In this document: one piece after another, positions 29,499 to 38,142 of the stretch
Layout: every line of letters begins with the position of its first letter
Position numbering within the stretch: the first letter of the stretch is position 1
NCBI GenBank assembly: GCA_963706575.1
Contig: CAVPNL010000001.1
Coordinates: 288,001 to 352,000 of the forward strand
DNA length: 64,000 nt
From: an uncultured delta proteobacterium
GTDB taxonomy: Bacteria > Desulfobacterota > Desulfobacteria > Desulfobacterales > JAHEIW01
Direction: 5' to 3'
The notes under the pieces: generated by a model
The model's input: the letters and a program-made list of their open reading frames with translations, nothing else
Told to the model about the DNA's origin: nothing
The model's database searches: none
Translations under genes and position numbers: made by a program

Positions 29499-30905
29499 AT
29501 GGGCAAAACCAGCAATCGAAAGATGGATCTGCACGGTTTTCTTGAAGAACATCAAGGTCAGTATATTCAAATAAATAAACCGGTAAAACTTGAGCATATC
29601 GGGGCGCTGGTGGCTCAGGCAGATGATACCATTGTCTTTGATAACATAGTAGATTACCCGGGATTTCGCATTGTGGATCAGCTTTTTGTCAATCGCAAGG
29701 CCCAGGCCGCGGTGCTTGGCTGTCAACCGGATGGGGTTGTCAATCGGTTGGTTGAGGTGATGCGCACGGGGCCCAGGACACTCAGAGAAGTAGAAAGTGG
29801 ATCCTGCCAGGATCGTGTTTTTAAAGGTGATGAACTTGATCTGAATGCCTTGCCGGTTCCGGTACACACGCCATTGGATCCCTATCCCTATACAGCCGGA
29901 TTTGCGGTGCACCGACACCTGGATACCGGTAAATTAAACCAGATGTTCCCGCGCTGTGGCGTGCTGAGTCGCAATGAAATGGTGGCGTCATTTGTCACGC
30001 CCACGGCTAATCAAATCCTGGCCAAGTATCGCGAGCAGGAAAAACCCATGCCCCAGGCGCTGGTCATCGGGGCGCACCCGGCCTGGGAACTGGCCTGCTG
30101 TTATTCATATCCCCATGAAGATTTTTGTGAATTGGAGCTGTTTGAAGCCATTAGCGGACAGGTCGGCGAAGTCACCCGCTGTAAAACAGTGGATCTTGTG
30201 GTGCCGGCCGATGCCTCGATTATTATTGAGGGGCTTGTCAGCCCAACCCGCATGGCGCAGGACGGGCCAAATCCCGGACCCAATGCGCTTTTTTGTCCCT
30301 ATGATCAACAACAGCCGGTTTTTGAAGTTACGGCCATAACCATGCGAAAAGATCCGATTTTTCGACACGTGCAGACGACACCTTTTACCGATCACCAGGA
30401 GATGCCGCGGCTCTTCCATGAGGCCATTATTTTCGAGCGCATTAAATCCATGGGATTAAACGTTCATGATGTTCATTTTCCCCAGGGAGGTGCGGCTCAG
30501 GTGGTGATCATTCAAGTCGAGCCAGCCGTGGACGGGCAGGTGACCGATGCACTGATGGCTGCCTTAGGAGCGCCCTGGGCCAACATGAAAATGGCAATCG
30601 CAGTTGATCCGGACATCAATATTTATGACTATCGAGACATTATGTATGCGCTTTCCACACGCGTTGATCCGAGCAAACACACAACGATCATAAACAACGG
30701 TCGGATCTGGCCTTTTGACCCCAGTGCCACACCCGTTGATGGCGCATTTCCGCATACCCAAAAAACGCGGTTGCCTTCCGTGGTCGGAAAGTGGGCCATA
30801 GACGCCACCAAACCGGTTCCGTATCGTGAGGAGGAACGGAAAAATTATGAACGCGCGTGGCCGATCGGCTGGGAAGAGATCAATTTAGAGGATTATTTGG
30901 ATTAA
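29499..30905 (+). CDS. UbiD family (prFMN-dependent) decarboxylase-like protein with an atypical active-site motif
   Basis: VIGAHP, VPADASIIIEG, FEVTAITMR, VDPDINI and WAIDATKP motifs; DGPNPG in place of EGPFGE/D. Confidence 0.85.
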   Translation: MGKTSNRKMDLHGFLEEHQGQYIQINKPVKLEHIGALVAQADDTIVFDNIVDYPGFRIVDQLFVNRKAQAAVLGCQPDGVVNRLVEVMRTGPRTLREVESGSCQDRVFKGDELDLNALPVPVHTPLDPYPYTAGFAVHRHLDTGKLNQMFPRCGVLSRNEMVASFVTPTANQILAKYREQEKPMPQALVIGAHPAWELACCYSYPHEDFCELELFEAISGQVGEVTRCKTVDLVVPADASIIIEGLVSPTRMAQDGPNPGPNALFCPYDQQQPVFEVTAITMRKDPIFRHVQTTPFTDHQEMPRLFHEAIIFERIKSMGLNVHDVHFPQGGAAQVVIIQVEPAVDGQVTDALMAALGAPWANMKMAIAVDPDINIYDYRDIMYALSTRVDPSKHTTIINNGRIWPFDPSATPVDGAFPHTQKTRLPSVVGKWAIDATKPVPYREEERKNYERAWPIGWEEINLEDYLD

Positions 30906-32455
30906 CCGAATTGTTCTCTTAAAATGCGGTGCAGTATTTTTCCGGTGCCGGTGCGGGGCATATCATCTTCGCCGATAAATATGACCTCTTTGGGACATTT
31001 GTAACCCGCCATTTTGCCTTTGCAGGCCTGAATGACATTTTGCTCGTTCAAATTGCTGTTATCAAAATCCGGTTTACGGATGATCACTGCGGCAACTCTT
31101 TCGCCCCATTTATCATCGGGCAGCCCCACCACCGCACAATCAAATACGCCCTCAATGCTGCCGACAACTTCTTCCACTTCACTGGGATAGACATTTTCTC
31201 CACCGGTGATGATCATGTTTTTTTTGCGATCCACCAGATAATAGAAACCGTCTTCGTCCTGTCGGGCCATGTCACCGGCTGAAAAAAAACCCTCTTTAAA
31301 CGATTCGGCAGTTTGTTCGGGCAATTTGTAGTACTCGTCGAACAGCATGGGACCCCGTGAGTATAATTCGCCGATTTCGCCAACGGGCACTTCATTTCCG
31401 TCGATATCAAGTATTTTTAAAAAATCAGTACCGATGCATTCAAATCCGATGGAGCCCAGTTTGCTCATTTGATATTCAGGCTTCAGGATGGTGACCATGC
31501 CGCCTTCGGTGGAACCGTAAGCTTCATAAAGCTTTACTCCCGGGAAAAATTCCATAACCGCCTGTTTCATGCTTTTTCTACCGGGAGCCGAAGAGCACAG
31601 CAGTTTGCGAATAGAGCTGACATCGCGATTTTTGGCTTTTTCGGGCGCATTCAAGATTAAATTATAGTGGGTGGGTATCAGAGAAACAAAACTGATTTTA
31701 TGGCGTTCGATGATTTCAAGGATTACTTCGGGCTTAAAGTTCAAGGCCGGGTGGATGTAAGCTGACCCGCCGATATACAGGAACGTGAAGGTAAAAAAGA
31801 TGGAGTTGATATGGCATAGAGGCATGACATTTAAGCACACATCATGCTCGTTGAAGTCAAAGTCCACGGCGTTGTGCAGATAATAGGCAATGTGGGATTC
31901 ATGCGAACGGATGACGCCTTTGGGCTTTCCGGTGGTTCCCGAGGTGTAGATCAGTATCCAGGTGTCGCGGGGAACAACTTCGCTTTGCGGTTCGCTGTCC
32001 GCTGAAGTACCGATGAATTCTTCATAGGGTCGGTATCCATCATGCGGTTTTCCGACGATAACATAATTTTGCGCTGCAATATTCTTCAGATTCGAACGGA
32101 TCGGCTTAACAACGCCGGCAAACTGGTCATGAACAACCATGGCCTTGGCGTCTGAGTTGCTGACAATATATTCCACCTCTGAAGACACCAGGCGAAAATT
32201 AATCGGCACGATAACGATACCGGTTTTGGCCGTGGCCAGGAACAATTCGCAGATTTCAATGCAATTTTCGAGCAATACCGCGACCTTATCACCCTTTTGC
32301 AATCCCAGAGAGGTCAGGCTATTGGCCAGCTTGTTGATGCGGCTATTCATTTGCGGATAGGTAAATGACCGATTCGCATCTTTTAAAGCGACGGTATTTG
32401 GAAACTTTTTTGCGTTGATTTTTTGAATCTGACCCAGATTCAGCCAAAACCCCAT
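30902..32455 (-). CDS. AMP-binding acyl-CoA ligase (long-chain-fatty-acid--CoA ligase family)
   Basis: YTSGTTGKPKG, YGSTEG, DRKKNMIITGGENVYP, PRTGTGKI; ATG at 32455 behind GGAGG. Confidence 0.9.
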   Translation of the reverse strand: MGFWLNLGQIQKINAKKFPNTVALKDANRSFTYPQMNSRINKLANSLTSLGLQKGDKVAVLLENCIEICELFLATAKTGIVIVPINFRLVSSEVEYIVSNSDAKAMVVHDQFAGVVKPIRSNLKNIAAQNYVIVGKPHDGYRPYEEFIGTSADSEPQSEVVPRDTWILIYTSGTTGKPKGVIRSHESHIAYYLHNAVDFDFNEHDVCLNVMPLCHINSIFFTFTFLYIGGSAYIHPALNFKPEVILEIIERHKISFVSLIPTHYNLILNAPEKAKNRDVSSIRKLLCSSAPGRKSMKQAVMEFFPGVKLYEAYGSTEGGMVTILKPEYQMSKLGSIGFECIGTDFLKILDIDGNEVPVGEIGELYSRGPMLFDEYYKLPEQTAESFKEGFFSAGDMARQDEDGFYYLVDRKKNMIITGGENVYPSEVEEVVGSIEGVFDCAVVGLPDDKWGERVAAVIIRKPDFDNSNLNEQNVIQACKGKMAGYKCPKEVIFIGEDDMPRTGTGKILHRILREQFG

Positions 32456-32537
32456 ACCTGCACCTCCATGGAAATTAATTGTCATATCATCATAAACAAT
32501 CACCGGGATTGTTGATTTTGTGTGTGTTAATGTTACC

Positions 32538-32636
32538 GGAATAATGGAATGGTGGAATGCTGGAATGATGGGCGACCAGGTTGATTTGATGTTTTATTTA
32601 ACCCAATATTCCATTATTCCAATATTCCATCATTCC
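32538..32636. repeat. 8-bp-period tandem-repeat palindrome
   Basis: (GGAATNNT)x4 arm facing an (ANNATTCC)x4 arm. Confidence 0.8.
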
Positions 32637-32709
32637 TTATACAATTACCACGATATTGATTGTAAGAAATATAAGCGTTTCTAAGTTTGTGATTGGCTTG
32701 AACAAGTGA

Positions 32710-33960
32710 TCAATTCTGGTTTTCCTCCAGTTGCTCAATAAAAGCCTCAACATTTGTGTTGGTCTGCTCGTCGGAAACCAGCCGCAAATCATTGAGATCG
32801 GCGTTAAGGATTAAACTGGGTATGCCGGTCTGCTGTTCCAGGCGTTGCGGCATGCCGTAACGGCAATTGGTATTATTGGGGCAGGTTTTGGCATCGTGAT
32901 ATACGATGCCGTCCACCTTGAACAATTCAAGCATGTTTTTGATGTAGGTTTCCTTTTCATCATCAGAACGCACGATAAACAGCTCCAGGTATGCCCTGGC
33001 CATACTGTTGAAGGGATCATTCTCGTCCAGGGCCGAAAAGATCCAGCTGTTGCAGTAGGTCGAAGCCAAAACGCTGGCCTGCAGGCTCGAGAACAGTTCG
33101 GCATGGGCGCGCAGGCGGCCCCATACCGGCATGCCGTCCCAGTAGAGCCTGAAACGCTCATCCCCGATAGCGCCTTCCCTTTTTTTGATACGGATCTTTA
33201 ATTCAGCCAGCAAAATTTTATAGACATCAACTGCCTTTTGTGTTCCCCTGCCTACCACTGCCGGGCCCATAAGCGTGGTGCCGTCAAAAAAAGTGAGCGG
33301 AGACGGCCTGGCAGCTGCGGTTTCGAGCACTTTTCGCCACAGTTCGGAACAGGCCCTGGACAGAGCGACAACCTGTTTTAATTCATCAAGGTTAAACTGC
33401 CGGCCGGATATTTTCTCCAATGGTTCAATCAGACCCTGCATTTGTTTGGCGATTGAAGCGACATGGGCTTCGGTTACCTTGCCGACATTTCGGTGGGTAT
33501 AGATACCCAGCACGGGGGCATCGAACTTTTTGCCGTACCAGGAAAACCAGTCCTGCACATCGCGGCATTGATTCGTGTTGAAAACCAGCACATCGGGTTT
33601 TGGAATGTCTTCGATTCCTTTGTAAACCTTGCTCAGAGGGGTCACCCCCTTCAAGAAGGCGCCGATATCAGCGGTAAGGTAAGAGCAGATATCCGGCGAG
33701 TATCCTAAAGCATTGGCTTCAGGGATCAGCTCGGTGGACATGCGTGTGGCGCCCAGCATGGCGGCATGGGTTTCCGGAAAGTACACCAGGAAGCCAAGGG
33801 CCCTGAGGATTTCCGCCGGCCCTACGCTGGTGCACCATGCAATCTTCGGGTTGCCTTTTTTTGAAGCCGCGTCCAATTCGTGATAGTAATCCGCCATAAA
33901 GCGGCTGGTTTCAGACCCAGCTTTTAATTTTTTTCTGACAGGTTTTTTTTCATCGGACAT
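32710..33960 (-). CDS. 2-hydroxyacyl-CoA dehydratase / class I benzoyl-CoA reductase family [4Fe-4S] subunit
   Basis: YFPETH, GYSPDICSY, NQCRD, RLYWDGMP, VDGIVYH..TC, DLND.R motifs; start uncertain. Confidence 0.85.
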   Translation of the reverse strand: MSDEKKPVRKKLKAGSETSRFMADYYHELDAASKKGNPKIAWCTSVGPAEILRALGFLVYFPETHAAMLGATRMSTELIPEANALGYSPDICSYLTADIGAFLKGVTPLSKVYKGIEDIPKPDVLVFNTNQCRDVQDWFSWYGKKFDAPVLGIYTHRNVGKVTEAHVASIAKQMQGLIEPLEKISGRQFNLDELKQVVALSRACSELWRKVLETAAARPSPLTFFDGTTLMGPAVVGRGTQKAVDVYKILLAELKIRIKKREGAIGDERFRLYWDGMPVWGRLRAHAELFSSLQASVLASTYCNSWIFSALDENDPFNSMARAYLELFIVRSDDEKETYIKNMLELFKVDGIVYHDAKTCPNNTNCRYGMPQRLEQQTGIPSLILNADLNDLRLVSDEQTNTNVEAFIEQLEENQN

Positions 33961-34001
33961 AACATGTCCCCACATTTTCGGGCTTTCCTCTATCCAATTC
34001 A

Positions 34002-34119
34002 AGGTGTCAGGTGGGTCTCGAGGACGAGTACGAGTGCGAGGACGAAATTTTATTCCCTCACTTTACTCGTCCTCGTCCTCGTGCTCGTACTCGGATTCTG
34101 TCTAATACACCTGATACCT
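34002..34119. repeat. Nested tandem-repeat palindrome (6-bp CGAGNA arms inside CAGGTGT arms)
   Basis: AGGTGTCAGGTG [CGAGGACGAGTACGAGTGCGAGGACGA ... CTCGTCCTCGTCCTCGTGCTCGTACTCG] CACCTGATACCT. Confidence 0.8.
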
Positions 34120-34131
34120 AAAAGGTTAGGG

Positions 34132-34908
34132 CTAATTTTGCATCGCATACAAAGCCGCGCCGATGGCCCCGGTGAGCTGGGGATAATCCGGCACGAGGAT
34201 TTCTCTGTTAATCATTTCCGCGGTCATTTTGACCATAAACGGGTTGTGGGCCACCACACCGCCGGTCATAACGACTTTTTCCGTTAAGGCATCCATCTCT
34301 AAAACGCGTTTTATCATCGAATAGAAAACCCCTTTGACGATGTCGGGCAAGTTCTTTCCCTGGCGGATGTTTTCCAGAACCTCGGTTGCCGAAAAGACCG
34401 TACAGAAGCTTCCCAGTTTGACCATATTTTCGGATTGACTGGCCAGCCGGTCCATCTCGTCGAGCGAAACATCCAGCCGCATGGCCATTTCTTCCAGAAA
34501 GGCACCGGTACCGGCGGCACACTTGCGATTCATTTTAAATCCGGTGCGTTTGCCAGACGGATCGATTTTAATGATTTTGTTGTCCTGTCCACCGATGTCA
34601 ATAATGGTGGCTGCAATGGGAAAATAGTAATAACATCCCTTGGCGTGGCATCCGATTTCCGTTTTCGTATCCCGGGCAAATGATACGTTCTTGCGGCCAT
34701 AACCGCTTGCGACGGTGTTTTCAATGTCGCTTTTTTGGGTGCCGGCCATTTTTAAAGCCGAGGTGAGGCAGGTGTCGGCGGTGGCCGCAAAATCGGTGCC
34801 CGATTTTTTGACTGCATAACCGATTAGGTTTTTATTGCCGTCGAGGATGGCGACTTTTGTGCGTGATGCCCCGACATCGACACCCGCATAGGTTGCTTTA
34901 GAAACCAT
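34132..34908 (-). CDS. ATP-dependent CoA-substrate-specific enzyme activase (HgdC/FldI/BcrAD family)
   Basis: GVDVGAS, SGYGR, IDIGGQD, MNRKCAAGTG, CTVF, TGGV. Confidence 0.92.
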   Translation of the reverse strand: MVSKATYAGVDVGASRTKVAILDGNKNLIGYAVKKSGTDFAATADTCLTSALKMAGTQKSDIENTVASGYGRKNVSFARDTKTEIGCHAKGCYYYFPIAATIIDIGGQDNKIIKIDPSGKRTGFKMNRKCAAGTGAFLEEMAMRLDVSLDEMDRLASQSENMVKLGSFCTVFSATEVLENIRQGKNLPDIVKGVFYSMIKRVLEMDALTEKVVMTGGVVAHNPFMVKMTAEMINREILVPDYPQLTGAIGAALYAMQN

Positions 34909-34913
34909 ATCTG

Positions 34914-35858
34914 CTATTTTGACTCTAATCCTTTTACCAGGGCGCTCAGGGTGTGGTTATACGGCGTCTGCGTCCCGGTGCGGGCACCGTATTCTACAAA
35001 TTTGCCGTTGATAAAATCAATTTCCGTGCGCCGTTTGGCCTCGATATCCATCAACATAGACGGTTTGTGGTCACCGGCGTTTCCCATATACTCCATTGCA
35101 TGGGTATAAAAATCCCAACCCAGATCAATTTCATTGGCCCGGGCGACCCGGACGCATTCTTTTACGAGGGCATCAACAATCTGAAAGACGATCGGGTCGT
35201 TCATCGCGCGTGACATCGTCAGGCCGGTAACGGCACACACCGGATTCATGCAGGCATTCATAACACTCTTGCGCCAGACCATCGATATGATGTTATCGGT
35301 GTGCTCAGTTGTCAGGTCGCATTTGCTAAGCGCATCGGCAATGGCAATCGCTGAGCGGCGGGATTGCGGATCCAGTTCCTGAATGTAATGCGGCGGATGG
35401 TGAAAGGGAATTTTGACGTGCGCCGGTCCTGCCAGTCCGCATCCGTAATTAACAACGGCACGCATTACATCCGTCCTGCCGAGTATTTTTGCCAGCTCCA
35501 GCTCGGTATCAATTCCGTTTTGCCAGCTGACAATCGCCATGCCTTCTTTGTGAAAACCCTCAATGGCGGAAGCAATCAGCGGCAGGGCATGGGCCTTGAC
35601 GGTGATAAAGATTACGTCCGGGTCATAGTCAGCCAGTTCATCAATGTGGGTGCATGTCCGGGTCACTTTGTGCTGGATATTTTCTGCGCCTTCCAGAATA
35701 ATTCCCGGGTCTAACGCCGGTGCCAACAAGTCCGGGATGACATCACAAAGGGTGACTTCATAACCGCCTTTCGCCAGAAAGCAGGCGACAATACACCCCA
35801 CCGGGCCGGCTCCGACTACGGCAAATGATTGGGGACTAAAACTGGACGCATCACTCAT
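34914..35858 (-). CDS. Ketopantoate reductase (PanE/ApbA) family oxidoreductase
   Basis: GAGPVG, TVKA, WQNG, WRK...N, SMLMD, RTEIDFING. Confidence 0.88.
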   Translation of the reverse strand: MSDASSFSPQSFAVVGAGPVGCIVACFLAKGGYEVTLCDVIPDLLAPALDPGIILEGAENIQHKVTRTCTHIDELADYDPDVIFITVKAHALPLIASAIEGFHKEGMAIVSWQNGIDTELELAKILGRTDVMRAVVNYGCGLAGPAHVKIPFHHPPHYIQELDPQSRRSAIAIADALSKCDLTTEHTDNIISMVWRKSVMNACMNPVCAVTGLTMSRAMNDPIVFQIVDALVKECVRVARANEIDLGWDFYTHAMEYMGNAGDHKPSMLMDIEAKRRTEIDFINGKFVEYGARTGTQTPYNHTLSALVKGLESK

Positions 35859-35962
35859 ATTTTACCTCCCCTTTAGTCATTTTAGGCACTTTTTAAAACT
35901 GCCGAGATATTGAGTACTGCAACGCTATTGTTTTAATTGCTTGATCCTTGATTGACCGACGA

Positions 35963-37270
35963 CTATCTTTCCTGTTTGGGGCGTTCATCTATGACGCGCA
36001 CGGCTTTACCTTCGCTGCGGGCAATGCTTTTCGGATCGACCAGCTCCACACCAACGCCGATTCCCATCATGCCCTTGATATGGCCTGCAATTTTTCCTTC
36101 GATTTCATGTCTTCGATCTTCACCGGCTTCATAAACTTCTTTTTTGCCTTCCACCTGAACGCTGAGATGATCCAGGTACCCTTTTTTGCTTACGACCATC
36201 CGATATTGCGGTTCGACTTCCTCGATTTCCAGCAGGAGCGCTTCAATTTGTGAGGGAAAGACGTTCACACCGCTGATAATGAGCATGTCGTCCGAGCGGC
36301 CGTAGATTTTGTCCATCCGCATAAAGGTCCGGCCCTCATATCCGGGTTCGCGCCACAGGCGCGTAATGTCTTTGGTGCGATAGCGAATCATCGGCATGGC
36401 GCGGCGTTGCAAAGAAGTGAAAATCAATTCTCCCTTTTCTCCTTCCGGCAGGGGCTCCAATGTCTGCGGGTCTACGACTTCCGCCAGAAAAAAATCTTCA
36501 TTGATGTAAAGGCCGTTTTGATCAGCGGCGTCATATGCCACACCGGGTCCACACAACTCGGTTAATCCATACGCTTCCTGGGCTTTTATTCCCATACGTT
36601 CTTCGATCTCCTGGCGCATGCCCGCTGTCCAGGGCTCGGCACCGAACACGCCGACCCGCAAGGGGAGTTTTTTTATATCAACTTTCATTTCTTCGGCGCG
36701 TTCGGCAATCGTCAGCGCATATGACGGTGTGCTGAACAGAACATCCGACTTAAAATCCTGCATGATGGTAATCTGTCGTTCGGTCATTCCGGCACCGGTC
36801 GGTACCAATGTGCAACCGATGGCAGTCGCTCCCTGATGGAACCCGAGACCACCGGTAAAAAGGCCGTGACCGTAGGCGTTTTGAACCACATCTTCTTTGC
36901 GGATACCGGCCGCCCAGAGGTTGCGGGCCATGCATTCAATCCATTGTTCCAAATCCTCGGCGGTATAAGGGCCGGTAATCGGTTTGCCGGTCGTACCCGA
37001 AGACGCATGAATCCGGACCACTTCTTCTAAAGGCACGGCGCACAGGCCGAAGGGATAATTGTCCCTGAGATCATTTTTGACGGTAAACGGGAGCTTGGCG
37101 ACATCTTCCAGGCTTTTGAGATCCCCGGCTTTAACACCCATTTCTTTGAATTTATTTTTATAGAACGGCACCTTCTTAGAAACCCAATCGACGGTTTCTT
37201 TCAATTTCTCCAACTGAAAATTTTTGAGTTCTTCCACCGGCATACATTCAAATTTATCGTTCCAGGGCAT
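35963..37270 (-). CDS. paaK: Phenylacetate-CoA ligase
   Basis: RIHASSGTTGKP, GLFTGGLG, YGLTELCGPGV, GRSDDMLIISGVNVFPSQIE, RSEGKAVRVID. Confidence 0.88.
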   Translation of the reverse strand: MPWNDKFECMPVEELKNFQLEKLKETVDWVSKKVPFYKNKFKEMGVKAGDLKSLEDVAKLPFTVKNDLRDNYPFGLCAVPLEEVVRIHASSGTTGKPITGPYTAEDLEQWIECMARNLWAAGIRKEDVVQNAYGHGLFTGGLGFHQGATAIGCTLVPTGAGMTERQITIMQDFKSDVLFSTPSYALTIAERAEEMKVDIKKLPLRVGVFGAEPWTAGMRQEIEERMGIKAQEAYGLTELCGPGVAYDAADQNGLYINEDFFLAEVVDPQTLEPLPEGEKGELIFTSLQRRAMPMIRYRTKDITRLWREPGYEGRTFMRMDKIYGRSDDMLIISGVNVFPSQIEALLLEIEEVEPQYRMVVSKKGYLDHLSVQVEGKKEVYEAGEDRRHEIEGKIAGHIKGMMGIGVGVELVDPKSIARSEGKAVRVIDERPKQER

Positions 37271-37316
37271 GATCTTCCTCCTTTTGAATTACAAATTGTT
37301 TATAATCACCATAAAA

Positions 37317-37913
37317 TTATGCGGCCTTGGCGGCGGCTTCAAAGCCCAGTTCAAAGGCCTTGATATTGATATCGACAAAGGCCTTTTTGGTGGATGTCCG
37401 AATGGCTTCTTTGACGTCGTCAGCCGTTACCGGCATAATTCCGGTTTGAATCAACGAACCCAGTAACACCATATTCAAAGACATGATATTGCCGGCCTGT
37501 TTTGCCAGTGTCTGGGCATCGAAAGCGATCAGCCTGGCGGTTTTATTGCGGATCAGCTCCTGAAGCTCCTGTAAATCCGGATAAGTTCCTTTACCGATGG
37601 CTACCGTAAACGGCGGCAGCGGTGCCGTATTGGTGATCACTATGGTATCGGCATTGCATTTGTTTAAAGCGCGCAACGTTTCCGAAGGCTCAAAGCCCAG
37701 CAGCACGTCCGCCTCAGCATCTGAAATAATCGTGCTGTCGGCATCGCCAAAAACCACTGCGGATTCAACCACACCGCCCCTCTGGGCCATTCCATGAATT
37801 TCACTCATGCGCACCGGGATATCGGCCAGCAGCGCCGCCTCGCCCAGTACTTTGGAGGCCAGCAGGTTTCCCTGTCCCCCAACGGCTACGATGATCAGTC
37901 TTTTTGTTTCCAT
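37317..37913 (-). CDS. iorB: Indolepyruvate:ferredoxin oxidoreductase beta subunit
   Basis: VGGQG, SEIHGMAQRGG, NMVLLG. Confidence 0.92.
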   Translation of the reverse strand: METKRLIIVAVGGQGNLLASKVLGEAALLADIPVRMSEIHGMAQRGGVVESAVVFGDADSTIISDAEADVLLGFEPSETLRALNKCNADTIVITNTAPLPPFTVAIGKGTYPDLQELQELIRNKTARLIAFDAQTLAKQAGNIMSLNMVLLGSLIQTGIMPVTADDVKEAIRTSTKKAFVDINIKAFELGFEAAAKAA

Positions 37914-37993
37914 AAATCGATTCCTAAATTTTCAGTTAGTCGGATTAAAACTCGTGGTCGTTTTCTCTTTTAGTTTAGCTTTTAAAATTCAAA

Positions 37994-38142
37994 TTGGAGT
38001 AATGGCGTATGTATAATTTCGGAATGCAGATTTCGGATTTCGGATTGTAAATATGTTGATCTTCTAATTTTTTAATCTGCAATCCGCAATCTAAAATCCG
38101 CAATTTATTTTATTCCATTACTCCAATATTCCAGCACTCCAA
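37994..38142. repeat. Nested tandem-repeat palindrome (7-bp CGGATTT arms inside 8-bp GGAGTAAT arms)
   Basis: TTGGAGTAATGG [TTCGGAATGCAGATTTCGGATTTCGGATTG ... AATCTGCAATCCGCAATCTAAAATCCGCAAT] ATTCCATTACTCCAATATTCCAGCACTCCAA. Confidence 0.78.

Noticed and set aside
32710..34908. Complete class I benzoyl-CoA reductase (bcrCBAD or bzdNOPQ)
   Set aside because: Only two of the four expected subunit genes are present and there is no adjacent ferredoxin gene
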